This document shows, in pieces, positions 26,644 through 40,716 of a stretch of DNA of 64,000 nucleotides. The stretch lies in the sequence record NC_049438.1; one strand, written 5' to 3'. The DNA comes from Acinetobacter phage vB_ApiM_fHyAci03. The notes under the pieces were generated by a model. It was not told where the DNA came from. It searched no databases and was given only the letters and a program-made list of their open reading frames with translations. Position 1 is the stretch's first letter, and every line of letters starts with the position of its first letter. A program made the position numbers and the translations under genes.

Positions 26644-27510
26644 ATGTTCATACAACAACCAAAGATGGAAATCGATGTCGGCGAAATTGGCAATGCATCT
26701 ACTGGTGATATTCTTTTTGATGGCGGTGAGAAAATCAATAGCAATTTCACTGCAATTTATAATCAGTTTGGTGATCAACGGATGTATAATGCTAATACTC
26801 AAGTAGGCAACCAAACGATACATGCTACTGGCTATTATCAAAAAGTTTCAGGCATAGACCTCCGTTCAGCAGTAACTTTAGGTTCCATGTGGGATATTGA
26901 TACTAATCCTACAGGTGGAGCTAACCCAATTTTGCCTAAAGGCAAACCCGGCGAATGCGTAAAATTCATCAACTCGAATGGTAGTTGCTCAGTCAATCAG
27001 CCTATTGATATTCAAGTTATTGATGGTTCGTTTGTAGGCATTCAAGGTGGATTGAAAATTACTCAGCCGTATTGCATGGTCGATTGTTGGTGTATAGCAG
27101 TTAATAACAATATTGCTATTTGGAACTATTCTATTAAATCAATGTTTGGTTCATTCGAGACTCCAGTAGAAGTCACAAAATCTGTACCTGCAAACACGCC
27201 TACGGAGATTCCTATTGCGCACTTTAGTGAATATAACTCATTGAAACTACTTATTACCGCTCAAACTCAAAATGGTGAGATTTCTCGCCAATCAGAAGTA
27301 AATATCCTAATTGACAGATATTTAAAAAATGTCCATCACACAGAGTTTGGTGTTATCCGAATCGGTAACAAATCTGAAGAAGATGAGATTGTAGATATTA
27401 AATACAATATATCTAGTGCTGGTGTACTAACATGCACAGTATCTACAAAGATTAATAATATGAGAGTTGCAATCAAAAGTATAGCTACACAAAGACTTGG
27501 ATCAGCATAA
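26644..27510 (+). CDS. 9: baseplate wedge / long tail fiber socket protein gp9
   Basis: 288 aa (T4 288), synteny. Confidence 0.7.
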   Translation: MFIQQPKMEIDVGEIGNASTGDILFDGGEKINSNFTAIYNQFGDQRMYNANTQVGNQTIHATGYYQKVSGIDLRSAVTLGSMWDIDTNPTGGANPILPKGKPGECVKFINSNGSCSVNQPIDIQVIDGSFVGIQGGLKITQPYCMVDCWCIAVNNNIAIWNYSIKSMFGSFETPVEVTKSVPANTPTEIPIAHFSEYNSLKLLITAQTQNGEISRQSEVNILIDRYLKNVHHTEFGVIRIGNKSEEDEIVDIKYNISSAGVLTCTVSTKINNMRVAIKSIATQRLGSA

Positions 27511-29327
27511 TGAAAGAATTAGTAAATATTGGACAAATGGTTGATGATGGCACAGGAGATTATCTTCGTGAAGGTGGCATCAAGATCAATAACAACTTTA
27601 CCGAGACCTATGATGAATTAGGCGATGGGAAGAATTTGCATCCTGCTGGTGCTTGGCAGACTATTGAAGCACATAAACTCACAAATGGCACACTGAATGC
27701 TGTATTCGGGAAGTCATATGCAGTTGATACGGGAACATCTAAAGCAACAATAAAATTACCTAAAGGCACTCCAGCCGATTACAATAAAGTTATTAGAATT
27801 CGAGATACATTTTCTACCTGGCAGGCCAATGCAGTTACAATTGAGCCTGCTAGTGGAGACACATTAAAAGGTGGTGGAACACGTGTCTTTAGTACAAACC
27901 TTACTGACTTAGAATTAGTTTATTGTCGTCCTAATCGCTGGGAATATCTACCAAACAAATTACTTAATAAAATTTCAAATGGCGATATTGCTACAGTAAT
28001 GAAAAAGGAATATTTGTGTACTGAAGGGCAAACAGATTTTCTTAATATTTTTGACAATAATGACTATAACTTAGTCAACACACATGTCTATTTACGTGGC
28101 AACTTGCTTTATTACGGCAAAGATTTTTCTGATGATTCCGATTATGGTAGCCCTGGAGCAACGGCTGGCGAACTAGTTCCATTAGATGGCAAAAGTATCA
28201 GATTACGTACACCTGCTCAAAAAGGCGATTCATTAATGGTAGTAACTTACCTAGATGGCATCGCACAATTCAGATCAACGTATAACCGTTTGGATTGTAC
28301 TATTCTTGATGCTAAATTAACCAATGAAGTTACCGCACCAGGTGCACGTTTAGTTGCAGATCTTGAAACATTGGATTCAATAACTGTTGAACAGCTCGGA
28401 TACGTCTTCAATAGCAATAGTGGTTTAATTAATACCAATACACTGGAAGTGTATGTCAATGGTGTTATTTTGAATATGGCAGGGCGTGCAGGCTTACCGA
28501 TGATGTATTGTGAAGGCGCTGATGCCAATAATTTGACTGATTGTCAATTAATGGGTGGTAATTGGGTTACTTCACACAATGACTACACAATTACTACAAA
28601 TGATAACGGAGCGGTAACAAGCATAGAATTTGGGCGAAAATTTGAACATGGTGACATCGTAACTATTAAATGGTTCAACAATGACATTGGCACAACAATG
28701 GAAATTGATGAAATCACAGATGTAACAGATGACATGTATATCCAACGTGGTCCTGAATACAATATTTCAGGTGCAGTTCGTGTAACAGATTATACAAACC
28801 CAGTTTTACCGAATGTAGAACCAGAAGCTCAGAAATTTGTACGTGTACAAGTGCCGGGCGACATGTTTGATTTGCTATATCCCGTTGGCACCATCTATGA
28901 AAATGCTATCAACAAATCTAATCCTGTAACATATATGGGCTTTGGTGTTTGGACAAGATGGGGCGAAAAACGAGTACTTGTTGGCTGGACTGAAGACAAC
29001 CAAGATACACAGTTTGGTTTAAATAATAATGACCTTGACATTAATGGGCAGCCAACACATACTGCAGGTGGTACAGGCGGAAATCGAACAATTACTATTA
29101 CAAATGATAATATGCCGTCAACAGTTACTGATAAAGAGGTTCTTGTTGCTGATGTAGATGGGCCTGTTGTAATTGGCGGATGTCAATTTGATCCTGATGA
29201 TTCCGGGCCGGCATATTATAAATATCGCCAAGAAAAAGTTACAACTAATGTTACTCATATTCCACCTAAACCTATTGAAACACTAGATCCATACATCACA
29301 GTGTATCGTTGGATGAGGATTGCATAA
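27510..29327 (+). CDS. 10: baseplate wedge protein gp10
   Basis: 605 aa (T4 602), synteny. Confidence 0.7.
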   Translation: MKELVNIGQMVDDGTGDYLREGGIKINNNFTETYDELGDGKNLHPAGAWQTIEAHKLTNGTLNAVFGKSYAVDTGTSKATIKLPKGTPADYNKVIRIRDTFSTWQANAVTIEPASGDTLKGGGTRVFSTNLTDLELVYCRPNRWEYLPNKLLNKISNGDIATVMKKEYLCTEGQTDFLNIFDNNDYNLVNTHVYLRGNLLYYGKDFSDDSDYGSPGATAGELVPLDGKSIRLRTPAQKGDSLMVVTYLDGIAQFRSTYNRLDCTILDAKLTNEVTAPGARLVADLETLDSITVEQLGYVFNSNSGLINTNTLEVYVNGVILNMAGRAGLPMMYCEGADANNLTDCQLMGGNWVTSHNDYTITTNDNGAVTSIEFGRKFEHGDIVTIKWFNNDIGTTMEIDEITDVTDDMYIQRGPEYNISGAVRVTDYTNPVLPNVEPEAQKFVRVQVPGDMFDLLYPVGTIYENAINKSNPVTYMGFGVWTRWGEKRVLVGWTEDNQDTQFGLNNNDLDINGQPTHTAGGTGGNRTITITNDNMPSTVTDKEVLVADVDGPVVIGGCQFDPDDSGPAYYKYRQEKVTTNVTHIPPKPIETLDPYITVYRWMRIA

Positions 29328-29986
29328 TGGTAAGTAAAAATTTATCTCTAACATATAACACATCTAGAGATGCTACTCAGCATGAATTTGATGTTCAGAA
29401 AGGTAGTATTATTGTTGGTAACACTCAGCCTTATGGGTCTCCGACAATTAGAAGCACCGCTAAAGGCGTAAAATATCCAAATGTACAAGCGGCCATTGAT
29501 GACATGGCTGCAATGTATGAGTTGCCGCTTAACACAGTTATCGCCAATGATGATGGTATAGAACCAGGCGGCAAACCGCAACAAGATGAATTCAAATTTT
29601 CTGGTATTGTAGCGTATCCTGGAAAAACAAAGGACCAACCAATCCAGTTTAATTTCTTAGGCTTTGTTGTTACAGCATTAGTTGGGGAGACAGGTGAAAT
29701 GGTTGCAGCTAAAGTTTTACGAGAGTTGCAAATTGCAATGAATAACAATTTTGTAATTAATCGTGTCAACTTTGGTGCATCAAATGATATTTTGCAAATA
29801 GTATATAATGACTGTCAACCTCACAACATCGGTGAATTTGTAGAATGTGGTATTAGAATATCGCAAACTATTACCTCTCCAGCACGTCCAGGATATGGAG
29901 TCTGGAGTCGTTTAGGTACGCAAACTATTGCTTTAGATAATGCCGGCGGTAACACAGTTCTTTATTATTTTAAGAGAGTAAGCTAA
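29309..29986 (+). CDS. 11: baseplate wedge protein gp11
   Basis: 225 aa (T4 219), synteny. Confidence 0.7.
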   Translation: MDEDCIMVSKNLSLTYNTSRDATQHEFDVQKGSIIVGNTQPYGSPTIRSTAKGVKYPNVQAAIDDMAAMYELPLNTVIANDDGIEPGGKPQQDEFKFSGIVAYPGKTKDQPIQFNFLGFVVTALVGETGEMVAAKVLRELQIAMNNNFVINRVNFGASNDILQIVYNDCQPHNIGEFVECGIRISQTITSPARPGYGVWSRLGTQTIALDNAGGNTVLYYFKRVS

Positions 29987-31512
29987 TGGAGACACCACTT
30001 AATAATACATACAAACACATTGCAGATGCAGCACAATATATCTCATTCAATCCAACAGATACAAGTTTTCCTGCAACTGTAGTAGATGTTCAAGCTGCAT
30101 TGGCTCTTACTTCTCCTACTACATACGCCACTGCCACTACCGCAGGTGTCGTCAAAATTGCTACCAAAGATGAAGTTTTAGCAGGGGTTGATAACACAAA
30201 AATGGTGACACCATTCACTCTAAATGAGAGAATGAAATATCCTGATGCCACTACAACAGTTAAAGGGCTTGTAACTTTAGCTACTAATGCAGAGGCTCAA
30301 GCCGGAGCCATAACTTCAAATAAAGCTATCAATCCAGCAAGTTTGAAATACACACTTGATTGGTGGTGGGACAATAAATTAGCATCTGAATCTGCACAAG
30401 GTGTTATTAAATTATCTACACAACAAGCTGCACAAGCCGGAGTAGATGATTCTACCGCAATGACACCATTAAAGGTCAAACAAGCCATTGCAGCTGCCAC
30501 AGCACAAATTCCGCAACCTGTACAAGCTACTGAGACTGCACCGGGTATAGTTCAACTTGCAACAATTGGACAAGCACAACAAGGCACTTTAAGAGATGGA
30601 TATGCAATCTCGCCATATACTCTTCAACGTATTACAGGAAGTCTTACAACACGAGGATTAGTCCAAGCTGCAACTTTAGCACAAGCTAACACAGGGGCGG
30701 ATGACACCTTATACATTTCTGCTAAAGGATTCAAAACATATAATGCTACCACTACAAATTATGGTACAGTTAAATTAACCGATACACCTGGGACCACCGG
30801 TGCTGGTGTCGTGTTAAGTTCTAATGCTAAAGTATTAAGCACTGTATCTACCGGTACACAAACTGTCACAGGCATTGTTAATTTTACTGAAACACTTCAA
30901 CTTCAAGGACAACCAGTAGCCAATCAAAAATTTGTTAAAGATTCTATTCCGATTGGCGTCATGATGGAATGGTTCGGTGATTCAGCGCCTCCTGGAGGTA
31001 TGTGGGCGTTATGCGACGGTGGAGCCGAATCAAAGGCTGCACGCCCAGAGCTTTTTGCGGTTATTGGCTATAAATTCGGCGGTTCTGGTGATACATTCTA
31101 TCGCCCAGATATGAGAGGTCTTTATGCTCGTGGTGCTGGGCGTGGTAAAGACATCATTGCAAACACCGGATATGATGAGTTCAATAAACCTCTATTAGGT
31201 AATGGTGTAGATGGCGGTGTTGTTGGACAAGTTCAAAAGCAACAAATTCGTGAACATAAACACATTGTTTCTTGGGGCGAAAATCGTAGAGAGACGCCTA
31301 ACTTCCCATTTGGTGGCACACAGTTAAGTAAATATTGGGGGACCGCTGGTAAGGAAGATCATGATAATGGTTGGATGTTCTCTAACGATGGAACAGAATT
31401 TGAACCTGCATCAGTGCGGACCGAATATTCTACTGTCAACCCTAAAGAGTTAATTGGAACAGAGACACGCCCATGGAGCATGTCAGTAAACTATATTATT
31501 AAGGTGGCTTAA
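29986..31512 (+). CDS. 12: short tail fiber protein gp12
   Basis: 508 aa (T4 527); Ala/Thr-rich repeats and C-terminal receptor-binding/collar domain (GVMMEWFGDSAPPGGMWALCDGG). Confidence 0.75.
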   Translation: METPLNNTYKHIADAAQYISFNPTDTSFPATVVDVQAALALTSPTTYATATTAGVVKIATKDEVLAGVDNTKMVTPFTLNERMKYPDATTTVKGLVTLATNAEAQAGAITSNKAINPASLKYTLDWWWDNKLASESAQGVIKLSTQQAAQAGVDDSTAMTPLKVKQAIAAATAQIPQPVQATETAPGIVQLATIGQAQQGTLRDGYAISPYTLQRITGSLTTRGLVQAATLAQANTGADDTLYISAKGFKTYNATTTNYGTVKLTDTPGTTGAGVVLSSNAKVLSTVSTGTQTVTGIVNFTETLQLQGQPVANQKFVKDSIPIGVMMEWFGDSAPPGGMWALCDGGAESKAARPELFAVIGYKFGGSGDTFYRPDMRGLYARGAGRGKDIIANTGYDEFNKPLLGNGVDGGVVGQVQKQQIREHKHIVSWGENRRETPNFPFGGTQLSKYWGTAGKEDHDNGWMFSNDGTEFEPASVRTEYSTVNPKELIGTETRPWSMSVNYIIKVA

Positions 31513-33377
31513 TGACTACAAAACTTAAACTTCCATATGTTGATGGAATTCCAGAAGACGGGCAACGCCGTCTTTCTTGGATCAGAGATGGCGAACTCCT
31601 TGAAGGTGCCAAAAGTAGATACGGGAGTGAAGGCAACCTGAATCTTATGCAAAAACAACTCCAAGAAAATATTGTTGTTATTGCAAATGAAATTGATAAC
31701 GCTAATGTGTCTAATGCTATTATTGAAGATGAATTAGAAAAAATCAAAGAAATTTTAGCAGATGTAGGCAATACTTCGCTCATCGAACAGGTTAACGAAA
31801 ATAAAAATAACATTGATGATTTAAAGGATTCTTTAGACGAGTATTCTAAAGGTGTAGAACAATCTGTTACTGATCTCAAATCTTTAGTGGGATCACCTAT
31901 TCAATTTGTAGATGGAAATCTAACGGCATTTGAAAACTTGCACTTTATCAAATCAGTAATAGGTAATGAAAAAGATTTTGATGTTAATGGTGATTCAGCG
32001 CCAAATACTCCTGAAAGTGGCTTAATAGCTAAAATAAATAGCGCTATTACTCAAACTATTGAAAATAAAGGTAAAATTGTCAATATTGAAGCTGAATTAG
32101 CTGAAGCAAACCTTTCAGGATTAGAGTCTAAAGTATCAAATATTCGTTCAGAACTAGGTGGGACACCTAACGGCAAAACGATATATTCTAGGCTTAACGC
32201 TATAGAAGATAACGAAGTCGAAGTAGATTCACGAATTGATAAAATTAACGAATCTATTGGCCCAGAAAGTGTTACTAAACGAATAGATTCAGTAAACGTT
32301 GAAATTTCTGATATCAAAACCGAAATTAGTGGTACTAATGGCATCAAAGCCTCAATATCTAAATTGGATGATACAGTATTCACAAAGGACACAGGACTTG
32401 TATCACGTGTGGCTTCTGTTGAAAATACTTCTAACGCGTTGAATTCAACTGTAAATGATCCGGAATCCGGACTGGTCAAAGCGATAGAAAATATATCATC
32501 AACAATAGGTTTGAGTGATTCTTCACCTAATACAATTTTAGGGCGCATTAATACACTTGAGCTCAACACTGGCAATACTGCCACAACTGTTCAAGATATG
32601 CAAGTAACACTAGGCGATGGTTCGTCTGGATTAGTAGCTGATGTTAATGCATCGTCAAAATCGCTTTATGGTAATGCCGAAGCTGAAGACCCAGTAGATA
32701 AAGCAGGCGTAGTGGCTGCAACAAAAACAGTTTACAACGGTTTGAACACCACTAATGCTGCTGTTAAAGGGCTTTATGATAGATTGAAATATTCCGGATT
32801 GACGTTCTCTAGTTTATCTGATGCAACATATACTGATAATGCCGAACAAATTTCATCAATACTGAATATGTCTTTAGCTAAATCAGTGAAGGTAAATGCA
32901 GGCGTAGCTCTAATATCACAACAAAATGATTTTCAGGATGCGATCAAATCTGATGTTGTTTTAATTAATATTGGCACGTATGATTATGCATTCAATACAG
33001 TTCTTGGTACAATAGCTGATGCAGTAGATGATTTTTCTGGTAGTGCAACATTCTATAGCGAATTGTATTCATTATTGTCTAAAGTTTCTACAGCTACGTC
33101 AAAATCTAGAGTTTTTGTAACAAATGGATATCGCACCACCCAATTCACGAATGGTGTAAAGTATCCTAATAAAAATACTGAAGGGAAGACACTCGAAGAT
33201 TATTCTAAAGCTATTTTAGATGTGGCCTCTATATTCGGAATTCCTGTTATAGATACTAATAACGAATTAGGAATTCATGTAAAGAATTCTGGATTATTTT
33301 TGAACACAACCGGATTTACGGTAGACGGTTCAAAACGATTTGTCAATTTAGTAACAGGCTTCATAAATTCTAAATAA
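31512..33377 (+). CDS. wac: fibritin (whisker) wac with coiled-coil body and a ~190-aa C-terminal globular domain in place of the T4 foldon
   Basis: N-terminus LPYVDGIPEDGQRRLSWIRDGELLEGAKSRYGSEGN matches T4 wac; long Ser/Asn-rich coiled-coil segments; C-terminus lacks [21 protein letters not shown]. Confidence 0.75.
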   Translation: MTTKLKLPYVDGIPEDGQRRLSWIRDGELLEGAKSRYGSEGNLNLMQKQLQENIVVIANEIDNANVSNAIIEDELEKIKEILADVGNTSLIEQVNENKNNIDDLKDSLDEYSKGVEQSVTDLKSLVGSPIQFVDGNLTAFENLHFIKSVIGNEKDFDVNGDSAPNTPESGLIAKINSAITQTIENKGKIVNIEAELAEANLSGLESKVSNIRSELGGTPNGKTIYSRLNAIEDNEVEVDSRIDKINESIGPESVTKRIDSVNVEISDIKTEISGTNGIKASISKLDDTVFTKDTGLVSRVASVENTSNALNSTVNDPESGLVKAIENISSTIGLSDSSPNTILGRINTLELNTGNTATTVQDMQVTLGDGSSGLVADVNASSKSLYGNAEAEDPVDKAGVVAATKTVYNGLNTTNAAVKGLYDRLKYSGLTFSSLSDATYTDNAEQISSILNMSLAKSVKVNAGVALISQQNDFQDAIKSDVVLINIGTYDYAFNTVLGTIADAVDDFSGSATFYSELYSLLSKVSTATSKSRVFVTNGYRTTQFTNGVKYPNKNTEGKTLEDYSKAILDVASIFGIPVIDTNNELGIHVKNSGLFLNTTGFTVDGSKRFVNLVTGFINSK

Positions 33378-33381
33378 TTAA

Positions 33382-33400
33382 AGGCCTTCGGGCCTTTTGA
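33382..33400 (+). terminator. terminator hairpin aggcc-ttcg-ggcct plus tttt after wac
   Basis: GC stem with UUCG tetraloop and T-run; coordinates +-2. Confidence 0.5.
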
Positions 33401-33408
33401 GGTATAAA

Positions 33409-34326
33409 ATGTTTACAGAACCTAAAACACCGAAACAATTAAAAGATCATATTTTGATGCGACTTGGTGCACCAATCATAAAAATTGAAGTCACTGAACA
33501 ACAAATTATGCAGTGTATTCAACGTGCATTAGAATTATATGGCGAATATCATTACAATGGCTTAAATAAAACATTTATGTGGATTTATGTCGGTGATGAT
33601 GAAACATATAAAAATGGAGTCTTTGACTTAAGTAAAGAAAATATTTTTGCAGTGACACAAATTCTTCGGGGAAATACTGGTGCATTATTAACAATGGATG
33701 GATCAGCAACATACCCATGGGTGTCTGATTTTATTCTTGGGCTAGCCGGTGTAAATGGCTGCTCTACTGCTCAGTCATTTGGTCCTAATGCATATGGCGC
33801 TAATCTTAGTTATTATACTTCGGTTATGCAATATTGGACACAATTACAAAATATGTTAAATCCCGTACCAGATTATTGGTTTAACGATGACACTGGACAG
33901 CTTAAACTTTCAGGCAATTTTAAGAAAGGTGATTACTTATTTTTAGAAGTTTGGGTTAAATCATTTGTTGATACTAGTCATTCAGTTGGAACATACGCAG
34001 GATATGGATATGCTCAAGCTGAACAAGACCAGTGGTCATTATCTGACACATATAATAACGCCAATCGTCGAGTAGAAGGATATAGAGCTGGTGAAAATAA
34101 CGGCACTAAACAAGGTGCATTCAACAATCGCTGGGTAAAGGATTATGCTACTGCATTAGTTAAAGAGCTCAATGGTCAAATTTTGGCTAAGCATCAAGGG
34201 ATGCAATTAGCCGGTGGTACCACAGTAGATGGATTGCGCCTTATCGAAGAATCACGAATAGAAAAAGAACGCTTACGTGAAGAATTAGATTTATTAGCAG
34301 CTCCACCTGGAATTTTAATGGGGTAA
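33409..34326 (+). CDS. 13: neck protein gp13
   Basis: From the internal ATG: [28 protein letters not shown] aligns to the T4 gp13 N-terminus; conserved blocks [29 protein letters not shown]; the track ORF starts upstream at a TTG. Confidence 0.8.
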   Translation: MFTEPKTPKQLKDHILMRLGAPIIKIEVTEQQIMQCIQRALELYGEYHYNGLNKTFMWIYVGDDETYKNGVFDLSKENIFAVTQILRGNTGALLTMDGSATYPWVSDFILGLAGVNGCSTAQSFGPNAYGANLSYYTSVMQYWTQLQNMLNPVPDYWFNDDTGQLKLSGNFKKGDYLFLEVWVKSFVDTSHSVGTYAGYGYAQAEQDQWSLSDTYNNANRRVEGYRAGENNGTKQGAFNNRWVKDYATALVKELNGQILAKHQGMQLAGGTTVDGLRLIEESRIEKERLREELDLLAAPPGILMG

Positions 34327-34329
34327 GAT

Positions 34330-35094
34330 ATGACTACATTCGATAGTAGCTTGTTTGCTAAGCTAGAAGACGGTACAGGATATGATAAAACTAATGTCTC
34401 TGAAGTACTTAACCCATATGTAAATTTCTATCATCATGAAAATACACAAACTCTCCAAGACGTACTTGTTGCAGAAAGCATTCAAATGCGAGGAGTAGAG
34501 TGTTACTATTTGCCATCAGAATTTGTCAATAAGGATGAATTATTTGGCGAGGACCCATCACGAAAATTCAATAAAGCTTGGAAGTTTGCAGCATATCTTG
34601 ACTCGTTTGAAGGATATTCTGGTGGCAACTCATTCTTTAGTAAATTTGGTATGACGGTAAATGACGAAGTTACGATAACAATAAATCCAAATTTATTCAA
34701 ACATCAAGTTAATGGTCAAGAACCAAAGGAAGGAGATTTATTTTATTTTGCTATGGATAAATCGCTCTTTGAGATAACTTGGGTTGAGCCATATAATCCA
34801 TTTTATCAAGTTGGTTCTAATGCTATGCGAAGAATCACTGCACAGAAATTTGTGTATTCAGGTGAAGAGATTAAGCCAGTTCTTCAGTACAATGAAGGCA
34901 TCAATATTCCTGAATTTAGTGAGCTCGATCTTGATCCTGTTCATGCATTAAATGATTTGCATGATATTAAAACTACTCAATATGTTGAAACTGATGCTAT
35001 CAATGACGAAGGCAAAGAAATAATCGAGCCATATGTTGTAGTAAACAATAAAGGTATCATGGGTGGCGGATCTCCATTTGATGACTTCGTGTAA
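34330..35094 (+). CDS. 14: neck protein gp14
   Basis: 254 aa (T4 256), synteny. Confidence 0.7.
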   Translation: MTTFDSSLFAKLEDGTGYDKTNVSEVLNPYVNFYHHENTQTLQDVLVAESIQMRGVECYYLPSEFVNKDELFGEDPSRKFNKAWKFAAYLDSFEGYSGGNSFFSKFGMTVNDEVTITINPNLFKHQVNGQEPKEGDLFYFAMDKSLFEITWVEPYNPFYQVGSNAMRRITAQKFVYSGEEIKPVLQYNEGINIPEFSELDLDPVHALNDLHDIKTTQYVETDAINDEGKEIIEPYVVVNNKGIMGGGSPFDDFV

Positions 35095-35124
35095 GCATAA
35101 ATACAAATAAAAAGGAGAAGAATT

Positions 35125-35949
35125 TTGTTTGGGTACTGGTACAATTCTTCAATTAGAAGATATTGCGTTTTGATGGGAGATTTATTCTCCCACGTCCAAG
35201 TGATGAGAAAACGTGATAATGGCAAAATTGAACTTATTAAAGTTCCTATCTCATTTTCATCTAAAGAAAGATTTATTGAGAAATTAGACACAGTTACATC
35301 GGTCAATAATGATGGCCCTGTGGCAAAAGTAGAGACTATTCTCCCAAGAATGTGCCTAAATTTAGTTGACATAATTTACAATGGGCAATATAAAACTGCA
35401 CTAACTAATAGAAATGTCAAATCTCCTGCTGGTGGCACCGATATGGTATCGCAATACAATCCAGTGCCAGTAAAATTTTTATTCGAGCTCGGTGTCTACA
35501 CTCGCCATCAAGATGATATGTTTCAAATAATTGAACAGATTTGGCCGTATTTTCAGCCACATTTCTCTACCAAAATGAGAGAACTATTTGGCAATGATAT
35601 TGAATTCGAGCGAAATATTCGTGTAGTTTTACAATCGTTGTCATTTGACAATCAAATTGAAACTGATAAAACTACGCGTAGAAGATTGCAAACTGATTTT
35701 ATTTTTGAAGTCAATGGATGGTTATATCCTCCGGTTGCAGAAATAAAAGGTGAAATTAGAACAATTTATCTCGATCTGTATGCTAATGAAAAGACTCTTG
35801 ACCATGAAGGTGTATTTGAATCGGTGGACACTCAAGTTCGCCCTGTCGATGCGACTATTGATAACTGGAGCGGTACATCAGAGCAAAGTATTTCAGCAGG
35901 AATCCCTATTCCTAAAGCTCCAGAAGAGCCACATTTAAGGAGAAACTAA
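35125..35949 (+). CDS. 15: tail sheath stabiliser / terminator protein gp15
   Basis: 274 aa (T4 272), synteny. Confidence 0.7.
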   Translation: MFGYWYNSSIRRYCVLMGDLFSHVQVMRKRDNGKIELIKVPISFSSKERFIEKLDTVTSVNNDGPVAKVETILPRMCLNLVDIIYNGQYKTALTNRNVKSPAGGTDMVSQYNPVPVKFLFELGVYTRHQDDMFQIIEQIWPYFQPHFSTKMRELFGNDIEFERNIRVVLQSLSFDNQIETDKTTRRRLQTDFIFEVNGWLYPPVAEIKGEIRTIYLDLYANEKTLDHEGVFESVDTQVRPVDATIDNWSGTSEQSISAGIPIPKAPEEPHLRRN

Positions 35950-36427
35950 TGGATATTATGCAGCAAATCTTAGATTGTACTGATTTGCCTGGCATGGAAG
36001 GAGAGGAATTGGTAGTTTATCAGCCTCTCGTTCTTGAAGAGGTACAAAGTAATCCAACAAATAGGACACCAGATTTAGAATCTGACTATGCAATTGTCAG
36101 AAAAAACTTGCACTTCCAACAGCAAATGTTAATGGATGCAGCTAAAATATTTTTAGAAACTGCAAAAAATGCAGATAGCCCTAGACACATGGAAGTTTTC
36201 TCGACTTTAATGGGTCAAATGACTAGCACAAATAAAGAGATTCTAAAAGTACATAAAGAGATGAAAGACATCACCAATGAATCAGTAACGGCTGCTAAAC
36301 CCAAAGAAACTGGTTCTGTTAACATTGAAACCGCACAGGTTTTTGTAGGTGGCCCTGCAGAAATTATGGAACGTTATGGCGATGCTTTCGAAACTAAAAC
36401 CCGCAACTTAGAAGTGGTAGACGAACA

Positions 36428-36431
<4 letters not shown>
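35949..36431 (+). CDS. 16: terminase small subunit gp16
   Basis: [31 protein letters not shown] is identical to the T4 gp16 block; 160 aa (T4 164). Confidence 0.9.
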
Positions 36432-38675
<2,244 letters not shown>

Positions 38676-38702
38676 TTGAAAAATAAATAAACAGGAGTCA
38701 AA

Positions 38703-40679
38703 ATGGCTTTACTATCACCTGGTATTGAATTAAAAGAAAATACCACACAAAGTACAGTAGTACAAAATGCCACTGGACGTGCAGCTATGGCTGGTAAGTT
38801 CCAATGGGGTCCTGCATATCAAGTAATTCAAGTAACAAATGAAGTAGAATTAGTAAACCTTTTTGGTCAGCCTAATAACATTACTTCAGAATACTTTATG
38901 TCGGCGGCAAATTTCCTTCAATATGGTAATGACTTACGATTAGTTCGCGTTGTTAATGAAGACGCTGCTAAAAACTCGAGCCCTATTGCAGGCAACGTTA
39001 AATTCACTATTTCTTCTGCAGGTAATAACTATAAAGTTGGCGATAAGATACTAATCAAATACACGTCATCTGAAATCGAATCTAATGCCCGTGTAACATC
39101 AGTTGATGCTGATGGCAAAATCAAAGGCATCTTTATTCCCACTGATAAGATTATTGCATACGCAAAATCAATTGGGCAATATCCTGCTCTAAGTGATGCT
39201 TGGACTGCTGAAGTTGTATCGTCAACTGGTATCCAAGGTGCAATCAATCTAGGATCAATTGAAACTGATTCTGGCATCATTTTGACTGATCCTAATAATG
39301 CATCTGCCAAAATGACTTCTACTAAATTCCAAGAATCGTTAGCAAAATATGGTATGCCTGGTGTTGTTGCGCTTTATCCAGGTGAAACAGGCGACCAACT
39401 AGAAGTAGAAATTGTTTCTAAGGCTGATTATGATAAAGGCTCGCCAGTTTTAAATATCTATCCTTCAGGTGGCACAAGAGCATCTGTAGCTAAAGGTGTA
39501 TTCGGATACGGGCCTCAAACCGATGATCAATATGCGTTTATTGTGCGTCGCAATGGTGAAGTTGTAGAATCATACATCCTTTCTACTAAGGAAGGTGAAA
39601 AAGACATGTACGGTAGCAACATTTTCCTTGATGACTATTTTGCTCGCGGTTCAAGTAACTATATTTTTGCTACATCAACTGGCTTCCCTAAAGGCTTCTC
39701 AGGTATTATTCGCCTTAATGGAGGTTTATCTGCTAATGAAGCTGTAACTGCAGGCGATTTAATGCTTGGTTGGGACAAATTTGCTGATGCAGAAGCATTA
39801 CATGTCAATTTGTTAATTGCCGGATCATGCGCAGGCGAAGATGCGGAAGTTGCTTCTACCGTTCAGAAACATGTAGTTTCTATCGCTGATGAACGTAAAG
39901 ACTGCCTAGTTTTAATTTCACCACCACGTGAGACAATTGTAAATATTGGCTTACCGAATGCAGTTGATAACCTAATTGCGTGGCGTCAAGGTACCGGTGC
40001 TTATGACACTGCAAACATGAACATCAGTTCAACATATGCATTTATTGATGGCAACTACAAATATCAATATGACAAATACAATGATGTTAACCGCTGGGTG
40101 CCATTAGCTGGTGATATCGCTGGATTATGTGCTCGTACTGATGATATTTCTCAACCTTGGATGTCTCCAGCAGGCTATCAACGTGGTCAATTGTTAAATG
40201 TTGTCAAGTTGGCTATCGAACCTCGTAAAGCACAACGCGACCGTATGTATCAAGATGCAATCAATCCAGTTATTGGTGCAAATGGCGGAGACGGATTCGT
40301 GTTGTTTGGTGACAAAACTGCAACAAAAGTTCCTTCACCATTTGACCGTGTAAACGTGCGTAGATTGTTCAATATGCTTAAAAAGAATATTGGGGATTCA
40401 TCTAAGTTCCGCTTATTTGAAATAAACGATGCATTCACACGTAGTTCATTCCGTATGGAAACTTCTCAATATCTTTCAGGCATTCGATCTTTAGGCGGTG
40501 TATATGATTTCCGAGTAGTTTGTAATGAGACTAATAACACACCGGCGGTTATTGATCGAAATGAATTTGTTGCAACATTCTACATCAAACCGGCCCGCAG
40601 CATCAACTTTATTCAATTGAACTTTGTTGCTACTGCAACATCTGCAGATTTTGATGAATTGATTGGCAAACAACAATAA
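38703..40679 (+). CDS. 18: tail sheath protein gp18
   Basis: 658 aa (T4 659), synteny. Confidence 0.85.
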   Translation: MALLSPGIELKENTTQSTVVQNATGRAAMAGKFQWGPAYQVIQVTNEVELVNLFGQPNNITSEYFMSAANFLQYGNDLRLVRVVNEDAAKNSSPIAGNVKFTISSAGNNYKVGDKILIKYTSSEIESNARVTSVDADGKIKGIFIPTDKIIAYAKSIGQYPALSDAWTAEVVSSTGIQGAINLGSIETDSGIILTDPNNASAKMTSTKFQESLAKYGMPGVVALYPGETGDQLEVEIVSKADYDKGSPVLNIYPSGGTRASVAKGVFGYGPQTDDQYAFIVRRNGEVVESYILSTKEGEKDMYGSNIFLDDYFARGSSNYIFATSTGFPKGFSGIIRLNGGLSANEAVTAGDLMLGWDKFADAEALHVNLLIAGSCAGEDAEVASTVQKHVVSIADERKDCLVLISPPRETIVNIGLPNAVDNLIAWRQGTGAYDTANMNISSTYAFIDGNYKYQYDKYNDVNRWVPLAGDIAGLCARTDDISQPWMSPAGYQRGQLLNVVKLAIEPRKAQRDRMYQDAINPVIGANGGDGFVLFGDKTATKVPSPFDRVNVRRLFNMLKKNIGDSSKFRLFEINDAFTRSSFRMETSQYLSGIRSLGGVYDFRVVCNETNNTPAVIDRNEFVATFYIKPARSINFIQLNFVATATSADFDELIGKQQ

Positions 40680-40683
40680 TAAA

Positions 40684-40705
40684 CGGGCCTTCGGGCCCTC
40701 AATTT
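40684..40705 (+). terminator. hairpin gggcc-ttcg-ggccc after gene 18 (weak T-run)
   Basis: GC stem with UUCG loop. Confidence 0.4.
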
Positions 40706-40716
40706 AAGGAAATATA

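Noticed and set aside
32051-32584. Minus-strand 177-aa ORF inside wac
   Set aside because: Antisense to the low-complexity coiled-coil coding sequence; Ser/Leu-rich artefact
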